Notes: generated by a model from the sequence alone, not told the origin. Positions 44,486-54,992 are shown, counted from the stretch's first letter. The stretch is 64,000 bases of DNA from Patescibacteria group bacterium (GCA_038064695.1 JBBTSO010000001.1:85932-149931), one strand, 5' to 3'. Made by a program: numbers and translations.

Positions 44486-47368
44486 ATGAATGAGGAAGTT
44501 CAGAAATCTGAATCCGCGTTACGGGAAGAGAAGATTTTAGAGTTTTGGCACGACAGAGATATTTTCGCAAAAACCCTGCAGAAAAAATCCCCCAAGGGTG
44601 AGTTTGTGTTTTACGATGGGCCGCCCTTTGCGACGGGGCTTCCTCACTACGGACATATTCTGGCGTCGGTTATCAAAGACACCGTGCCGCGGTACTTCAC
44701 CATGCGCGGGTACCACGTGCCGAGAGTGTGGGGGTGGGATTGCCACGGACTCCCGATAGAAAATATTGTTGAAAAAGAGCTCGGATTCAAACATAAAAAA
44801 GAAATCCGCGAGTATGGAGTGGCAAAGTTTAATGAAACCTGTCGTGAACGTGTTTTAACCTACACATCGGAGTGGGAAAAAATTATTCCTCGCATCGGGC
44901 GATGGGTAGATATGAAAAACGCGTACCGAACCATGGACAAGTCGTTTATGGAAAGCGTGTGGTGGGTTTTTAAATCAATTTATGACAAGGGGTTGGTGTA
45001 CGAGGATTACCGTTCAATGCACGTTTGCCCGCGATGTGAAACAACGTTAAGTCAGCAAGAGGTATCAGAAGGATACAAAGACGTAAAAGATATTGCGATA
45101 ACCGTCAAATTTAAATTGAAAAAAAATAACGTGATCGGATTGTCTGGGGATGTGTATGCTCTTGCGTGGACCACGACCCCTTGGACACTTCCTGGTAACG
45201 TTGCCCTCGCAGTAAACTCAGAAATTGAGTACGAAGTATGGGAGAAAAACGGCGAGATGTTACTTGCGTCTAAAAAATACTGGGAGGAGCATCCTGGCGA
45301 TAAACCCGTAACACGCGGGGTATTATCTGGGGTCACTCTCCTTGGTCTTGAGTACGAACCGCCGTTTGATTACTACAAAAACGATACGACACTCAAGAAT
45401 CGCGAAAATGGATGGAAGGTGTACCATGCTGACTTTGTGACGGCAGATGCGGGAACGGGTATTGCGCATGAAGCCCCTGCCTTTGGTGCGGATGACTGGG
45501 AACTTTTAAAGAAAGAAAATCTTCCTTTTGTTCAGCACGTGAATTACGACGGAACCATGAAGACAGAAGTTGCTGCATTTGCGGGGATGGAAGTAAAGCC
45601 ACGCTCTGACGATGACCGAGTTCGTCTTGGTACCGATATCGCTGTCCTCACGTACCTTCAAGAACACAATCTCCTCTTTTTGAAAGAAAATATTACACAC
45701 GCGTATCCTCACTGTTGGCGATGTGATTCACCACTTTTAAATTACGCTACTTCGTCATGGTTTGTAAGTGTAGAAAAAATTAAAGACCGAATGTTAAAGA
45801 ACGCGCAGTCAATCAACTGGTCTCCCAAACATATAAAAGAGGGGAGGTGGGGAAAGTGGTTAGAGGGCGCGCGCGACTGGTCTATTTCACGTCAGCGCTT
45901 TTGGGCGAGCGTCATACCGATTTGGGTATGTGAAACCTGCAAAGAAAAACGTGTGTTCGGTTCAGCGTCAGAGCTTGAAAATGCGAGCGGAAAAAAGGTA
46001 GATGACCTTCACAAGCACATCGTGGATGAAATTACTGTTCCGTGCGCGTGTGGCGGCGTGATGCGACGCGTTTCTGATGTACTCGATACGTGGTTTGATT
46101 CAGGGTCCATGCCGTATGGAGAAAAACACTATCCTTTTGAAAAAAAAGAAGCATTTGACCGTACGTTTCCGGCGCAGTTTATTGCCGAGGGGCAAGACCA
46201 AACGCGAGCGTGGTTTTACTATCTTCACGTTTTTGCGACGGCGCTTTTTAACAAACCAGCCTTTCAAAATGTCATTGTGAACGGGATTATGCTTGCCGAA
46301 GATGGCAAGAAAATGTCTAAAAGGCTTCAAAACTATCCTGACCCAATGAAGGTGGTTGACCGCTACGGCGCAGACGCGCTTCGCTACTACCTCCTCTCGT
46401 CTCCCGTGGTCCAATCAGAAAACTTAAGCTTCGCTGAGAGCGGTGTTGACGAGGTATTGAAAAAACACATCAATCGTTTAATGAATGTGCTCTCATTTTA
46501 CAAACTCTATGAAGACGGAACAAAACGTTCGGGGGAGAGTAAACACGTTCTTGATCGTTGGATATTGCTCCAACTTGATGAACTCGTGTGGGAAATAACC
46601 CGTGCGTATGAGCGCTATGAATTAAACAATGCAGTACGACCGCTCGCGCTTTTTGTTGATGACCTTTCGGTGTGGTATTTGAGAAGAAGCCGAGATCGTT
46701 TAAAAAACAGCAGTGCTGACCAAAAAGCTGCACTCGCGACCCTGCGTCAGGTACTCTATACACTTTCACTGGTGATTGCTCCTGCCATGCCATTTACGGC
46801 AGAATCGCTCTACCAAGAAGTTAAAGAAGGTGACGATCTGGAGAGTGTTCATTTATGTAGTTGGCCTGAAAGACGTAAACCATTCTTTTCTTTCCCTCAC
46901 CACTTTGGCAGATCTCTTAAAGAGTCGCCCCTTATTGCGGACATGAGCGAGGTACGTCGCGTGGTGTCGCTCGCGCTTGAAAAGCGTTCGTCGGTAAACA
47001 TTAAGGTGCGCCAGCCACTGCAGCAGCTCACCGTGAAGGATGAACGGTTGAAAGGGAAATATGAACTTGTAGAACTTATTAAAGAAGAGGTGAATGTGAA
47101 GGACGTGGTGTTTGATAAGAATCTTTCCGAAGATGTTCTCCTAGACACGGCTATCACCGACGCATTAAAAGAAGAGGGAGATGTTCGTGAGTTGGTGCGT
47201 CTCATTCAAGATTTGCGAAAAGCATCAGACCTTTCGCCAAAGGATACAGCGACTCTTACGTTTGCGGGAGATGCTACGCTCTTAGAAAAATACTGGGAAC
47301 AAATTTCAAAGACGACGAACCTTGCGCGATTTGAGCGCGGAGACGAGAACCATGTCACGAAGTCATGA
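44486..47368 (+). CDS. ileS: isoleucyl-tRNA synthetase (eukaryote/archaeal type)
   Basis: FYDGPPFATGLPHYGHIL, KMSKRL and a CP1 editing domain. 960 aa. Confidence 0.9.
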   Translation: MNEEVQKSESALREEKILEFWHDRDIFAKTLQKKSPKGEFVFYDGPPFATGLPHYGHILASVIKDTVPRYFTMRGYHVPRVWGWDCHGLPIENIVEKELGFKHKKEIREYGVAKFNETCRERVLTYTSEWEKIIPRIGRWVDMKNAYRTMDKSFMESVWWVFKSIYDKGLVYEDYRSMHVCPRCETTLSQQEVSEGYKDVKDIAITVKFKLKKNNVIGLSGDVYALAWTTTPWTLPGNVALAVNSEIEYEVWEKNGEMLLASKKYWEEHPGDKPVTRGVLSGVTLLGLEYEPPFDYYKNDTTLKNRENGWKVYHADFVTADAGTGIAHEAPAFGADDWELLKKENLPFVQHVNYDGTMKTEVAAFAGMEVKPRSDDDRVRLGTDIAVLTYLQEHNLLFLKENITHAYPHCWRCDSPLLNYATSSWFVSVEKIKDRMLKNAQSINWSPKHIKEGRWGKWLEGARDWSISRQRFWASVIPIWVCETCKEKRVFGSASELENASGKKVDDLHKHIVDEITVPCACGGVMRRVSDVLDTWFDSGSMPYGEKHYPFEKKEAFDRTFPAQFIAEGQDQTRAWFYYLHVFATALFNKPAFQNVIVNGIMLAEDGKKMSKRLQNYPDPMKVVDRYGADALRYYLLSSPVVQSENLSFAESGVDEVLKKHINRLMNVLSFYKLYEDGTKRSGESKHVLDRWILLQLDELVWEITRAYERYELNNAVRPLALFVDDLSVWYLRRSRDRLKNSSADQKAALATLRQVLYTLSLVIAPAMPFTAESLYQEVKEGDDLESVHLCSWPERRKPFFSFPHHFGRSLKESPLIADMSEVRRVVSLALEKRSSVNIKVRQPLQQLTVKDERLKGKYELVELIKEEVNVKDVVFDKNLSEDVLLDTAITDALKEEGDVRELVRLIQDLRKASDLSPKDTATLTFAGDATLLEKYWEQISKTTNLARFERGDENHVTKS

Positions 47369-47942
47369 CATCACCGCGCGAGGAGTGGTGGTGAGTCGTG
47401 CTCCCTCCGGGGAAGGAAGCGTGCGGGTTTCTATTTTTACTGAAAGCTTGGGGTTAGTGAATGTGCTTGCGAAAAGCGCGCGTGAAGAGCGTTCCAAACT
47501 TCGCCCCCACTTGCAGGTTGGGTCGTACGGGTCGTATACGCTTGTTCGTGGTCTCTACGACTGGCGCGTTACCGGTGCTGTTGATACAGAAAATTCATAC
47601 TTTGAACTTAGGGGCAAACGGTACGCGCAAACGGCAGGCGCGCGTGTTGTTGGTGTGGTTCGTCAGTTAGTTCACGGTGAAGAAAAAAACGCTGAATTGT
47701 TTGAAGCGCTGTGGTTTTTTCTCTACGCGCTCGGTACGTTGTCGGAAGATGAAGTAAAAACTGCCGAACACCTCGCGGTGGTGCGCATTCTCTCAGCTCT
47801 CGGCTACGTTCCTCCTCAGAAAGAAGTGCCGTTTGTGGAAGAGGTGTCCTACACTGCTGAAGTCTTAAACGCGGTAAAACCGTATGAAAAAAAGCTTGTA
47901 AGGGCAATTAATGAAGCACTTTTGGCAAGTAATTTGGCGTAA
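47352..47942 (+). CDS. recO: DNA repair protein RecO
   Basis: N-terminal OB fold (GVVVSRAPSGEGSVRVSIFTESLGLV) and helical C-terminus. Overlaps the ileS end by 17 nt. Confidence 0.6.
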   Translation: MSRSHDITARGVVVSRAPSGEGSVRVSIFTESLGLVNVLAKSAREERSKLRPHLQVGSYGSYTLVRGLYDWRVTGAVDTENSYFELRGKRYAQTAGARVVGVVRQLVHGEEKNAELFEALWFFLYALGTLSEDEVKTAEHLAVVRILSALGYVPPQKEVPFVEEVSYTAEVLNAVKPYEKKLVRAINEALLASNLA

Positions 47943-48026
47943 TAATAGGAAACAGTAATGAGTGAAGAGTAATCAGCGGTGAGTAATGAGAGATAGAAAT
48001 GAGTATCGTATAATGCAAAGATATGG

Positions 48027-48139
48027 ATCCCGTTAGAAATAACGGACTCCTAAAAGTTTTCATGTTTATTTTTATTAAAAAACTTAACCGAATAGGCGTG
48101 CGTAATAAAATTACGTTTACGTCCTATTTCTAACGGGAT
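48027..48139 (+). promoter_or_regulatory. inverted-repeat-bracketed 5' leader of the surface-protein gene
   Basis: atcccgttagaaat (48027-48040) pairs with atttctaacgggat (48126-48139). The downstream arm abuts the ATG at 48138. Same architecture as the ruvX leader. Confidence 0.45.
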
Positions 48140-50003
48140 GGAAAAAAAGAGCGCGCTTGAGCGCCTCGCGAAAAAATTAAACTCGCGCACCGACGGAGAG
48201 TTCCACGCGCGTCGCTCAACACTTTCCGCGGAAAGTACTACTCCCGCTCGGTCGTGGCAGAGTGAAAAGCCGGTCACCGCGCTTGAAACAGGTGGTCGTA
48301 AAAAAATGAAAAGACTGAGTTACCTAGAACTATTTTTTATTGGCTCAGTGGTCTTTTTTGTTATTGCTGGCGCGTCCGCCGCGTTCCTCTTCTTTTCGGG
48401 AAGCAACACGGTTTCAACGAGAAACGTAGATATTGCCATAAGCGGTCCGACTTCAGTGCGCGCCGGCGAAGTACTTCCACTCCAAATAGTGTTGACTAAC
48501 CGCAACTCGGTGCCGATGGAACTTACCGACCTCGTGGTTGAGTTTCCACCAGGCACGCGAAGCGAGAATGATGTCACGCTTGAATTGCCGCGTATTCGCG
48601 AAAGCCTCGGCACCATAAAACCAGGGGAGAGCGTGAACCGAACCGTGCGCGCCATTATGTTTGGACAGGCAGATCAAAATTTAGACATCACCGTTTCGGT
48701 TGAGTACCGCGTACCATCTTCAAACGCCATTTTCCTTGCTGAAGAAACGTACTCGCTCCCCATTAGCCAGTCGCCCGCAAGCATCACGGTGGAGTCGCTC
48801 CAAGAAATAGTGTCAGGTCAAGAAACCGCGCTCACGGTCACGGTCACTTCAAACGTGACCGAGGTGTTAGACAACCTTCTCTTAGTTGCGGAATATCCGC
48901 CAGGGTTTTCATTTAAATCCGCCTCGCCTACCGCGGTGACGGGGAGCAACACATGGCGCTTGGGCGACATAGAGGCGGGAGGAAAACGCACCATCACTAT
49001 TCGTGGGGTGTTTACAGGCGAAGATGGTGACGAGCGCGTGGTGCACTTCACGACGGGAACTGAAAATGGAAATGCAAAAGATGAAATTGCGGCGCCACTG
49101 GCAACGGGGGATGTCGCGTTGAAATTGGCAAAGCCATTTGTTTCACTTTCGCTCTCGCTCGACGGGAGTGTTGCAACGGAAAAGGTGGTCGTGCGTGGGG
49201 CTCCCGTTCGCGTGGACTTGCGTTGGGTGAACAACCTGCCCCAGCGCGCGCAGGATGTTGAGCTAGAGGTGAAATTAAACGGCGCTATTTTGGATAGAAA
49301 CAGCATCGTGGCGCAAAAAGGTTTCTGGCGCTCTAGCGACAACACCGTTATTTTCAGTCGAGAAACTGACTCTGCACTGAACGATGTGGCTCCAGGGGGA
49401 ACAGGAACGTATTCGTTTAGTTTTGCGTCACTTCCGTTTGAATCTGGAGTATTTAAAAACCCCGAAATAACACTCTCGGCAACGGTGCGCGCGCGCCGTA
49501 TTACCGAATCAAACGTACCTGAAACTATTGAATCTAAAACAACGTCGCGGGTGCTGGTGGCAACAGACCTTTCACTCGCAAACTCTCTTTCATACCTCTC
49601 GGGGAGCAAACCTCCCAAAGCAGACACCGACACCACCTACCTTGTCAGTTGGACAGTGAACAATACCGCAAACGCGGTGGCGAACGCGCAAGTAACAGCA
49701 GCGCTGCCGAGCTACGTAAAATTTGTTCAAGGGTCAACGAACGACGCTATTTCGTACAACTCAATTGGTGGCGTGGTGACGTGGACGGTGGGGGATTTGG
49801 AGGCAGGGCAGTCAAAAAATGCCACATTCCAGGTTACCTTAACCCCATCTCTTTCTCAGGTGGGGAATATGCCAACGGTGATTTCTGACCAGCGTGTCTA
49901 CGGGTTTGACCGCTTTACCAGAACTAACATAGAACGTTCTGCTCAGGCACTGACCACGCAGAGCGCCGGCGCTACACCGCAGCTGTCGTCTGTGGTACCG
50001 TAG
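48138..50003 (+). CDS. large membrane-anchored extracellular protein (hypothetical)
   Basis: TM helix at about aa 60-85, then about 530 aa of beta-rich Thr/Ser/Val-rich repeats. Confidence 0.5.
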   Translation: MEKKSALERLAKKLNSRTDGEFHARRSTLSAESTTPARSWQSEKPVTALETGGRKKMKRLSYLELFFIGSVVFFVIAGASAAFLFFSGSNTVSTRNVDIAISGPTSVRAGEVLPLQIVLTNRNSVPMELTDLVVEFPPGTRSENDVTLELPRIRESLGTIKPGESVNRTVRAIMFGQADQNLDITVSVEYRVPSSNAIFLAEETYSLPISQSPASITVESLQEIVSGQETALTVTVTSNVTEVLDNLLLVAEYPPGFSFKSASPTAVTGSNTWRLGDIEAGGKRTITIRGVFTGEDGDERVVHFTTGTENGNAKDEIAAPLATGDVALKLAKPFVSLSLSLDGSVATEKVVVRGAPVRVDLRWVNNLPQRAQDVELEVKLNGAILDRNSIVAQKGFWRSSDNTVIFSRETDSALNDVAPGGTGTYSFSFASLPFESGVFKNPEITLSATVRARRITESNVPETIESKTTSRVLVATDLSLANSLSYLSGSKPPKADTDTTYLVSWTVNNTANAVANAQVTAALPSYVKFVQGSTNDAISYNSIGGVVTWTVGDLEAGQSKNATFQVTLTPSLSQVGNMPTVISDQRVYGFDRFTRTNIERSAQALTTQSAGATPQLSSVVP

Positions 50004-50046
50004 GTCATACGAAGTATGACCAGTAAACAGGAATCAGTAATGAGTT

Positions 50047-51453
50047 ATGAGTGAAAACCAAGAAAACGTAATGGAAAAAATTGTGTCGCTCGCCAAAAGG
50101 CGCGGGTTTATTTTTCAAGGTTCTGAAATTTATGGGGGGCTTGCGGGCGTGTATGATTTTGGCCCGAACGGAGTGGAACTTTTAAGTAACATCAAACAGT
50201 CGTGGTGGAAAGCGAATGTGTACGATAAAGAAAACTATTTTGGTATTGATTCTGGAATGTTCAAACATCCCAAAACGTGGGAGGCGTCTGGCCACACGAG
50301 CGGGTTTTCAGACCCACTTGCGGAGTGTAAAAACTGCAACACGCGCATTCGTGTTGATAAAGAGCTCGCCGCGCTTGGTGTAGAGGCGGATGAAAAAATG
50401 TCTGAGAGCGAGCTCAACGAGTTGTTTGACGCGCATCGGGAGAAAATAAAATGCCCTACCTGTGGTAAAAAAGATTTTTCAAAAGTCCGCGCGTTTAACT
50501 TGTTGGTGAAATCAAATCTCGGCGACTTCACTTCCGAAGGTACCGACCCGGTGTACCTGCCGGGCGAGGCGTGCCAGGGAATCTACCTCAACTTTAAAAA
50601 TATTGTGGACAGCATGCACCCGAAAATTCCTTTCGGCGTTGCGCAAATCGGTAAGGCATTTCGAAATGAAATCAGTCCTCGTAACTTTCTTTTTCGTACA
50701 CGCGAGTTGGAACAGGCGGACACGCAGTACTTTGTAAAACCAAACGAAAACAAAGATGCGTACGAAAAAATAAAACAAGAACGCTGGCAGTGGTATCTAA
50801 GTTTGGGCATTGAAGAAAACAAACTGCGTTGGAAACAACATGAAAACCTTGTCTTCTACGCGAAAGACGCGTGGGACATTGAGTACGAATTTCCGGGAGG
50901 GTTTGATGAAGTGGAAGGTATCCACGACCGCACTGACTACGACTTAACCCAGCATATGAAGTTCTCTGGAGTTGACCTACGCTACACCGACCCGGAAACC
51001 GGCGAGAAGTACATTCCGTGGATTCTTGAAACTTCTATGGGTGTGGGGCGCGTATTCCTTGCGGTGCTTGCAAACGCGTACCGCGAAGATGAACTCGGAG
51101 GGGAGAAGCGCGTGTACTTAAAACTTCCTCCGCACCTGGCGCCCGTAAAAGCGTGCGTGTCGCCACTCCTTAAAAACAAACCAGAGTTGGTTGAAAAAGC
51201 GCGGGAAGTCTATGCAACACTCAAAAAAGAGGTTCCACAAATCGTGTGGGACGACAACGGCAATATTGGTAAACGCTACCGCCGTCAAGACGAAATTGGT
51301 ACGCCGTTCTGCATCACCGTTGATTTTGACACCTTGGGCGAACACGCGGAACTAAAAGACACCGTAACGCTGCGCCACCGTGATACTGGAGAACAGGAGC
51401 GTTTGAGTATTGAAGATGTCGTTAAAAAAGTAAAACAGAAAATTACTTTGTAA
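50047..51453 (+). CDS. glyQS: glycyl-tRNA synthetase (alpha2 dimeric type)
   Basis: RRGFIFQGSEIYGGLAGVYDFGPNG, class II motifs, a zinc-ribbon insert and a C-terminal anticodon-binding domain. Confidence 0.85.
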   Translation: MSENQENVMEKIVSLAKRRGFIFQGSEIYGGLAGVYDFGPNGVELLSNIKQSWWKANVYDKENYFGIDSGMFKHPKTWEASGHTSGFSDPLAECKNCNTRIRVDKELAALGVEADEKMSESELNELFDAHREKIKCPTCGKKDFSKVRAFNLLVKSNLGDFTSEGTDPVYLPGEACQGIYLNFKNIVDSMHPKIPFGVAQIGKAFRNEISPRNFLFRTRELEQADTQYFVKPNENKDAYEKIKQERWQWYLSLGIEENKLRWKQHENLVFYAKDAWDIEYEFPGGFDEVEGIHDRTDYDLTQHMKFSGVDLRYTDPETGEKYIPWILETSMGVGRVFLAVLANAYREDELGGEKRVYLKLPPHLAPVKACVSPLLKNKPELVEKAREVYATLKKEVPQIVWDDNGNIGKRYRRQDEIGTPFCITVDFDTLGEHAELKDTVTLRHRDTGEQERLSIEDVVKKVKQKITL

Positions 51454-51459
51454 TTTTTT

Positions 51460-52287
51460 ATGCAAAAAAGTGCTTTGTGGCGTTTTATTTGGCTGCAAGC
51501 TTTCTTTAAAAACTTTCATTACTACATTTCTAATAGAGATGTGTATAGGGCCTTCAGAAGGGCTGAGCAAAAAGGAATGTTTAATCTTGGCACTGGCAAA
51601 ACCGAACTACGTGCAGAGGTTCAGAATCCAAACATAACTGATATTTTAATTAAAGAATTTAAACCCCACGAAAACGTTTTCCAGCTCACCATTACCGATC
51701 ATTATAAGATTCAAAAAGAACGCGACTTAGTAAATAAAAAATATGAGAAACAGCTAGAGAGAAGCAAGGAAACCGCAGGCCCAGGCATAGGAGGGGAAGT
51801 TTTTGCAGTTGATGGATTGATTTATATTGGCACTTTTGTTTTGACGTTTTTTATACAGTGGATAACACAACATCTTGCTGGAGAAATAGATGATAAAGCG
51901 TGGTCACTATTTAAAAAATCATTTATAAATGTTTTTGAAAAGTTAAAAAAACAAAAAACTGAAGGCAGTATTGCCATTGTCACATCTTATAAACCAGAAC
52001 AAGCTCCAAGACCAACCATTTACTTTGTTCTCCCGACATCTATTTCTACAGAAAAGGAATTAATGGAAATATTAGAAACAATTAGAAATTTTACTTACGT
52101 TATTAACTCTATACACCAGGAGTTTAATGGGCGAATATCAGTTTACTCCATATGTTTTGATACTGAAGCCAAGATATGGAGGCTCGGTACTTCCGGTGAG
52201 TGGAATCCGGAAGAATCAGAGATTCAGGAAAACATAGAAAAGGTGATTCATGAAAAAACAAACATTCAAATCATAATTCGAAAATAG
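51460..52287 (+). CDS. hypothetical protein (low-GC gene)
   Basis: 275 aa. No recognised domain. Visibly AT-rich relative to its neighbours. Confidence 0.35.
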   Translation: MQKSALWRFIWLQAFFKNFHYYISNRDVYRAFRRAEQKGMFNLGTGKTELRAEVQNPNITDILIKEFKPHENVFQLTITDHYKIQKERDLVNKKYEKQLERSKETAGPGIGGEVFAVDGLIYIGTFVLTFFIQWITQHLAGEIDDKAWSLFKKSFINVFEKLKKQKTEGSIAIVTSYKPEQAPRPTIYFVLPTSISTEKELMEILETIRNFTYVINSIHQEFNGRISVYSICFDTEAKIWRLGTSGEWNPEESEIQENIEKVIHEKTNIQIIIRK

Positions 52288-52314
52288 CGTATAACTCTTT
52301 GATATAGTGCCGGT

Positions 52315-52872
52315 ATGAAAAAAGTTTTTATTCTCCACGGGTGTCCGTCTTTTGAAAAAGAAGGTCCAGAGCAGACCTATGCGAAACACTGGATGCCGTG
52401 GATAGAGAGAGAACTTATTGAAAGGGGATATGAAGTAGTGCGCCCCATGATGCCAGAGCCGTGGGCGCCGAAGTACGCTGCATTTAAAGAAGAATTTGAG
52501 AAAAACGAAATACCTGATGATGCTATTTTGATTGGCCACTCTTGTGGCGCCGCGTTTTTAGTTCGGTGGCTTGGAGATACAAAGCACAAGGCCTCACAAT
52601 TAATTTTAGTCGCTCCTTGGAAAATTCCTGATGAAGGTGATGTGGGGCGGCAAAAATACTATGGCTACGACATAGACAAAACAATTCCATCTCGAGTGCC
52701 GAATATCGTGATGTTCACTTCTGACACTGAGGAAGAAGAGGGGAAAGAGAGTGTAAAAATTTTTCACGAAGCGCTCGGCGGAAAGTTGATAGAATTAAAA
52801 AACAAAGGACACTACAAGCTTGGGGAAATGGGCGGAGAAGAGTTTCCTGAACTTCTTGAAGAAATTTTATGA
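52315..52872 (+). CDS. RBBP9/YdeN-family serine hydrolase (alpha/beta fold)
   Basis: LIGHSCGAAFL nucleophile elbow and the family-typical length of about 185 aa. Confidence 0.65.
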   Translation: MKKVFILHGCPSFEKEGPEQTYAKHWMPWIERELIERGYEVVRPMMPEPWAPKYAAFKEEFEKNEIPDDAILIGHSCGAAFLVRWLGDTKHKASQLILVAPWKIPDEGDVGRQKYYGYDIDKTIPSRVPNIVMFTSDTEEEEGKESVKIFHEALGGKLIELKNKGHYKLGEMGGEEFPELLEEIL

Positions 52873-53591
52873 ACCTCATCGTTGATGCAAAACTTCAGGA
52901 AACAATTGATGCCATAACATTGAACTTTAATCCGGTGTCAATTTTTCTTTATGGTTCGCGTGCTCGTACCGATGCACTTGATCAAAGTGATTATGAAATC
53001 GGAGTACTTTATAAAAGAGAAAATAAAATATCACGTCTAGAGTTAAAAGCTATAAACCCACACGAAGAGGTCGTTATTTATCCATTTGAATATGAGGATT
53101 TTCTGGCGTACAAAATTGATACGCCCTTCCCTGAAGGGATTTATTTTAGAGAGCTTATTGGTGTGGGAAAAACTTTGTATGGTGAGGAGGTTCTTGAACA
53201 CCTAGATTCGCCCAAAATCACTACACTGGATTTATTGCAACGTGTCCGTTTTGATACCGCTTTTGCACTTGCGGCCATTTTGTCAAAACGGAATGGCGAC
53301 GAAACTACTGCAGCAACAGAATTTTCAAAATCATGTCTGTTCGGGGTGCGTTGTCTGATTATTCTTGAGACAAAACGATTTCCGTTCACCTATGACGATA
53401 TTTATGAACAGTCTAAATTACTCGACTTAGGTGAGTATGGTCACGTTGTTGAACACGCTTTTGCTGTACGAAAAGGAACAGAGAGGCTAGACGAAAATTT
53501 GCTTTATCGCAATGTATCGTTGTTAAATAAAATTATTAAAAACCGAATTGTAGATTTAATGGGGAAAGAGGGGAATAAAGGATTGTTGTAA
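52869..53591 (+). CDS. nucleotidyltransferase (Pol-beta superfamily) with fused helical C-terminal domain (KNTase/ANT(4')-like architecture)
   Basis: LYGSRARTDALDQSDYEIGVLY (GS...SD.D motif) plus a helical substrate-binding-like C-terminus. Confidence 0.5.
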   Translation: MNLIVDAKLQETIDAITLNFNPVSIFLYGSRARTDALDQSDYEIGVLYKRENKISRLELKAINPHEEVVIYPFEYEDFLAYKIDTPFPEGIYFRELIGVGKTLYGEEVLEHLDSPKITTLDLLQRVRFDTAFALAAILSKRNGDETTAATEFSKSCLFGVRCLIILETKRFPFTYDDIYEQSKLLDLGEYGHVVEHAFAVRKGTERLDENLLYRNVSLLNKIIKNRIVDLMGKEGNKGLL

Positions 53592-53596
53592 CTTAT

Positions 53597-53956
53597 ATGA
53601 ACCTCATCGTTGATGTACAGGCGAAAGATTTGAATAGGGCAGTGAAGTTTTATACTGATGTTCTTGGGTTAAAGTGTCGTATTCATGAAAAAGATTGGGC
53701 GGGGATAGTGGTTGGGGATGCGGAAATACATTTGTACGTTGACGGGGGTGTCACTGAAGGAGTTGAATTTTATGTGGATGACATTGACACAGAAGTGAAA
53801 CGTCTTTCGGCGCTTGGGGTACAGTTTTTTGCAGGAAGCGATAAACCAAGTTTTATAAAGGCAGATGAACAAAACATCAGTGAGTTTCCATTCGGCCGCT
53901 TAGCATACTTCAAAGACTCCGAAGGCAACGAACTCGCTCTCGTTAAAGATTTTTAG
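53597..53956 (+). CDS. VOC family protein (glyoxalase / bleomycin-resistance fold)
   Basis: KFYTDVLGLK...HLYVDGG...FKDSEGNELALV. Confidence 0.7.
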   Translation: MNLIVDVQAKDLNRAVKFYTDVLGLKCRIHEKDWAGIVVGDAEIHLYVDGGVTEGVEFYVDDIDTEVKRLSALGVQFFAGSDKPSFIKADEQNISEFPFGRLAYFKDSEGNELALVKDF

Positions 53957-53996
53957 TAAGGAGTTTTGAAGGTATAATGCTTTTTGAAAATGTTTT

Positions 53997-54992
53997 ATGA
54001 AAACTCTAGCATTTTTTACGCCATCATTGATTATCTCCGTGTTCGTTTTGGGAGCGGTGTTTTGGTACGGGGGAGTGGAAGCACTTTTTTTGGCGGCGCT
54101 TCTTTCAGTCTTGGAAGTAACCCTCTCCTTTGACAACGCGGTGGTGAACGCCAAAGTGTTGGCGCGCATGACCCCTGCATGGCAACAACGCTTTCTTACG
54201 TGGGGGATTTTGATCGCCGTGGTAGGGACACGGCTCATCTTGCCTATTTTAATTGTGGCGGTAACCGTGTGGACCTCCCCGTGGGTGATTGCCAAACTCG
54301 CGTTTTTTGATCCTGAAGCGTATGGGCACCTGTTAGAAGGTGCGCGATACGCCATTAATTCATTTGGCGCATCATTTCTGCTTATGGTGTCTTTAAAATA
54401 TTTTATGAATGCTTCAAAGGACCGTCACTGGCTCCATGTGATTGAACATTATCTTGCGCGTTCAGGGAAGATTGAATCTATCGCGGTTGCGGTAGTGTTG
54501 ATAGCCCTCACCGCCGTTTCGTTTTTGGTGCCTGACGAAGCATCAACAGTGGTACTAGTTGCCGGTATTGTGGGGATAGTTATTTTTATTTTAATGGAAG
54601 GTATCACTAGTTCGTTTTCGGTTTCTACCGAGGAAGTAGAAAAGGCAGGACTCGCGATGTTTATTTACCTTAACGTCTTAGATACCGCATTTTCATTGGA
54701 CTCTGTCGTTGGTGCGTTTGCGCTTTCAAATTCCATTCCGGTTATTGTAGCGGGCTTAGGTATTGGTGCGTACTTTGTTCGTACACTCACCATTTACCTT
54801 GTAAAGAAAAAAGCACTCGACACCATTATTTTTCTAGAGCATGGTGCTCACTGGGCAATTTTTGGACTTGCTGCTTCAATGTTAGTGGGGACGCTGGTTG
54901 AAGTTCCTGAAATTATTACAGGAGGTATCGGTCTCTTTTTTGTCGTTGCTGCCTATTACTCATCGTTACTCTTAAAGAAAAAAGAAGTATGA
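53997..54992 (+). CDS. TerC/DUF475-family integral membrane protein
   Basis: LSFDNAVVNA (SxDN-type motif). Eight to nine TM helices. Confidence 0.5.
   Translation: MKTLAFFTPSLIISVFVLGAVFWYGGVEALFLAALLSVLEVTLSFDNAVVNAKVLARMTPAWQQRFLTWGILIAVVGTRLILPILIVAVTVWTSPWVIAKLAFFDPEAYGHLLEGARYAINSFGASFLLMVSLKYFMNASKDRHWLHVIEHYLARSGKIESIAVAVVLIALTAVSFLVPDEASTVVLVAGIVGIVIFILMEGITSSFSVSTEEVEKAGLAMFIYLNVLDTAFSLDSVVGAFALSNSIPVIVAGLGIGAYFVRTLTIYLVKKKALDTIIFLEHGAHWAIFGLAASMLVGTLVEVPEIITGGIGLFFVVAAYYSSLLLKKKEV

Noticed and set aside
48818-49636. 272-aa ORF antisense to the large surface-protein gene
   Set aside because: Ser/Thr-rich mirror translation of the Thr/Val-rich sense gene. The sense gene has a TM anchor and a leader element.
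53900-54355. 151-aa minus-strand ORF overlapping the TerC/DUF475-like gene
   Set aside because: It is antisense to a multi-pass membrane gene with clear TM periodicity and has no motif of its own.
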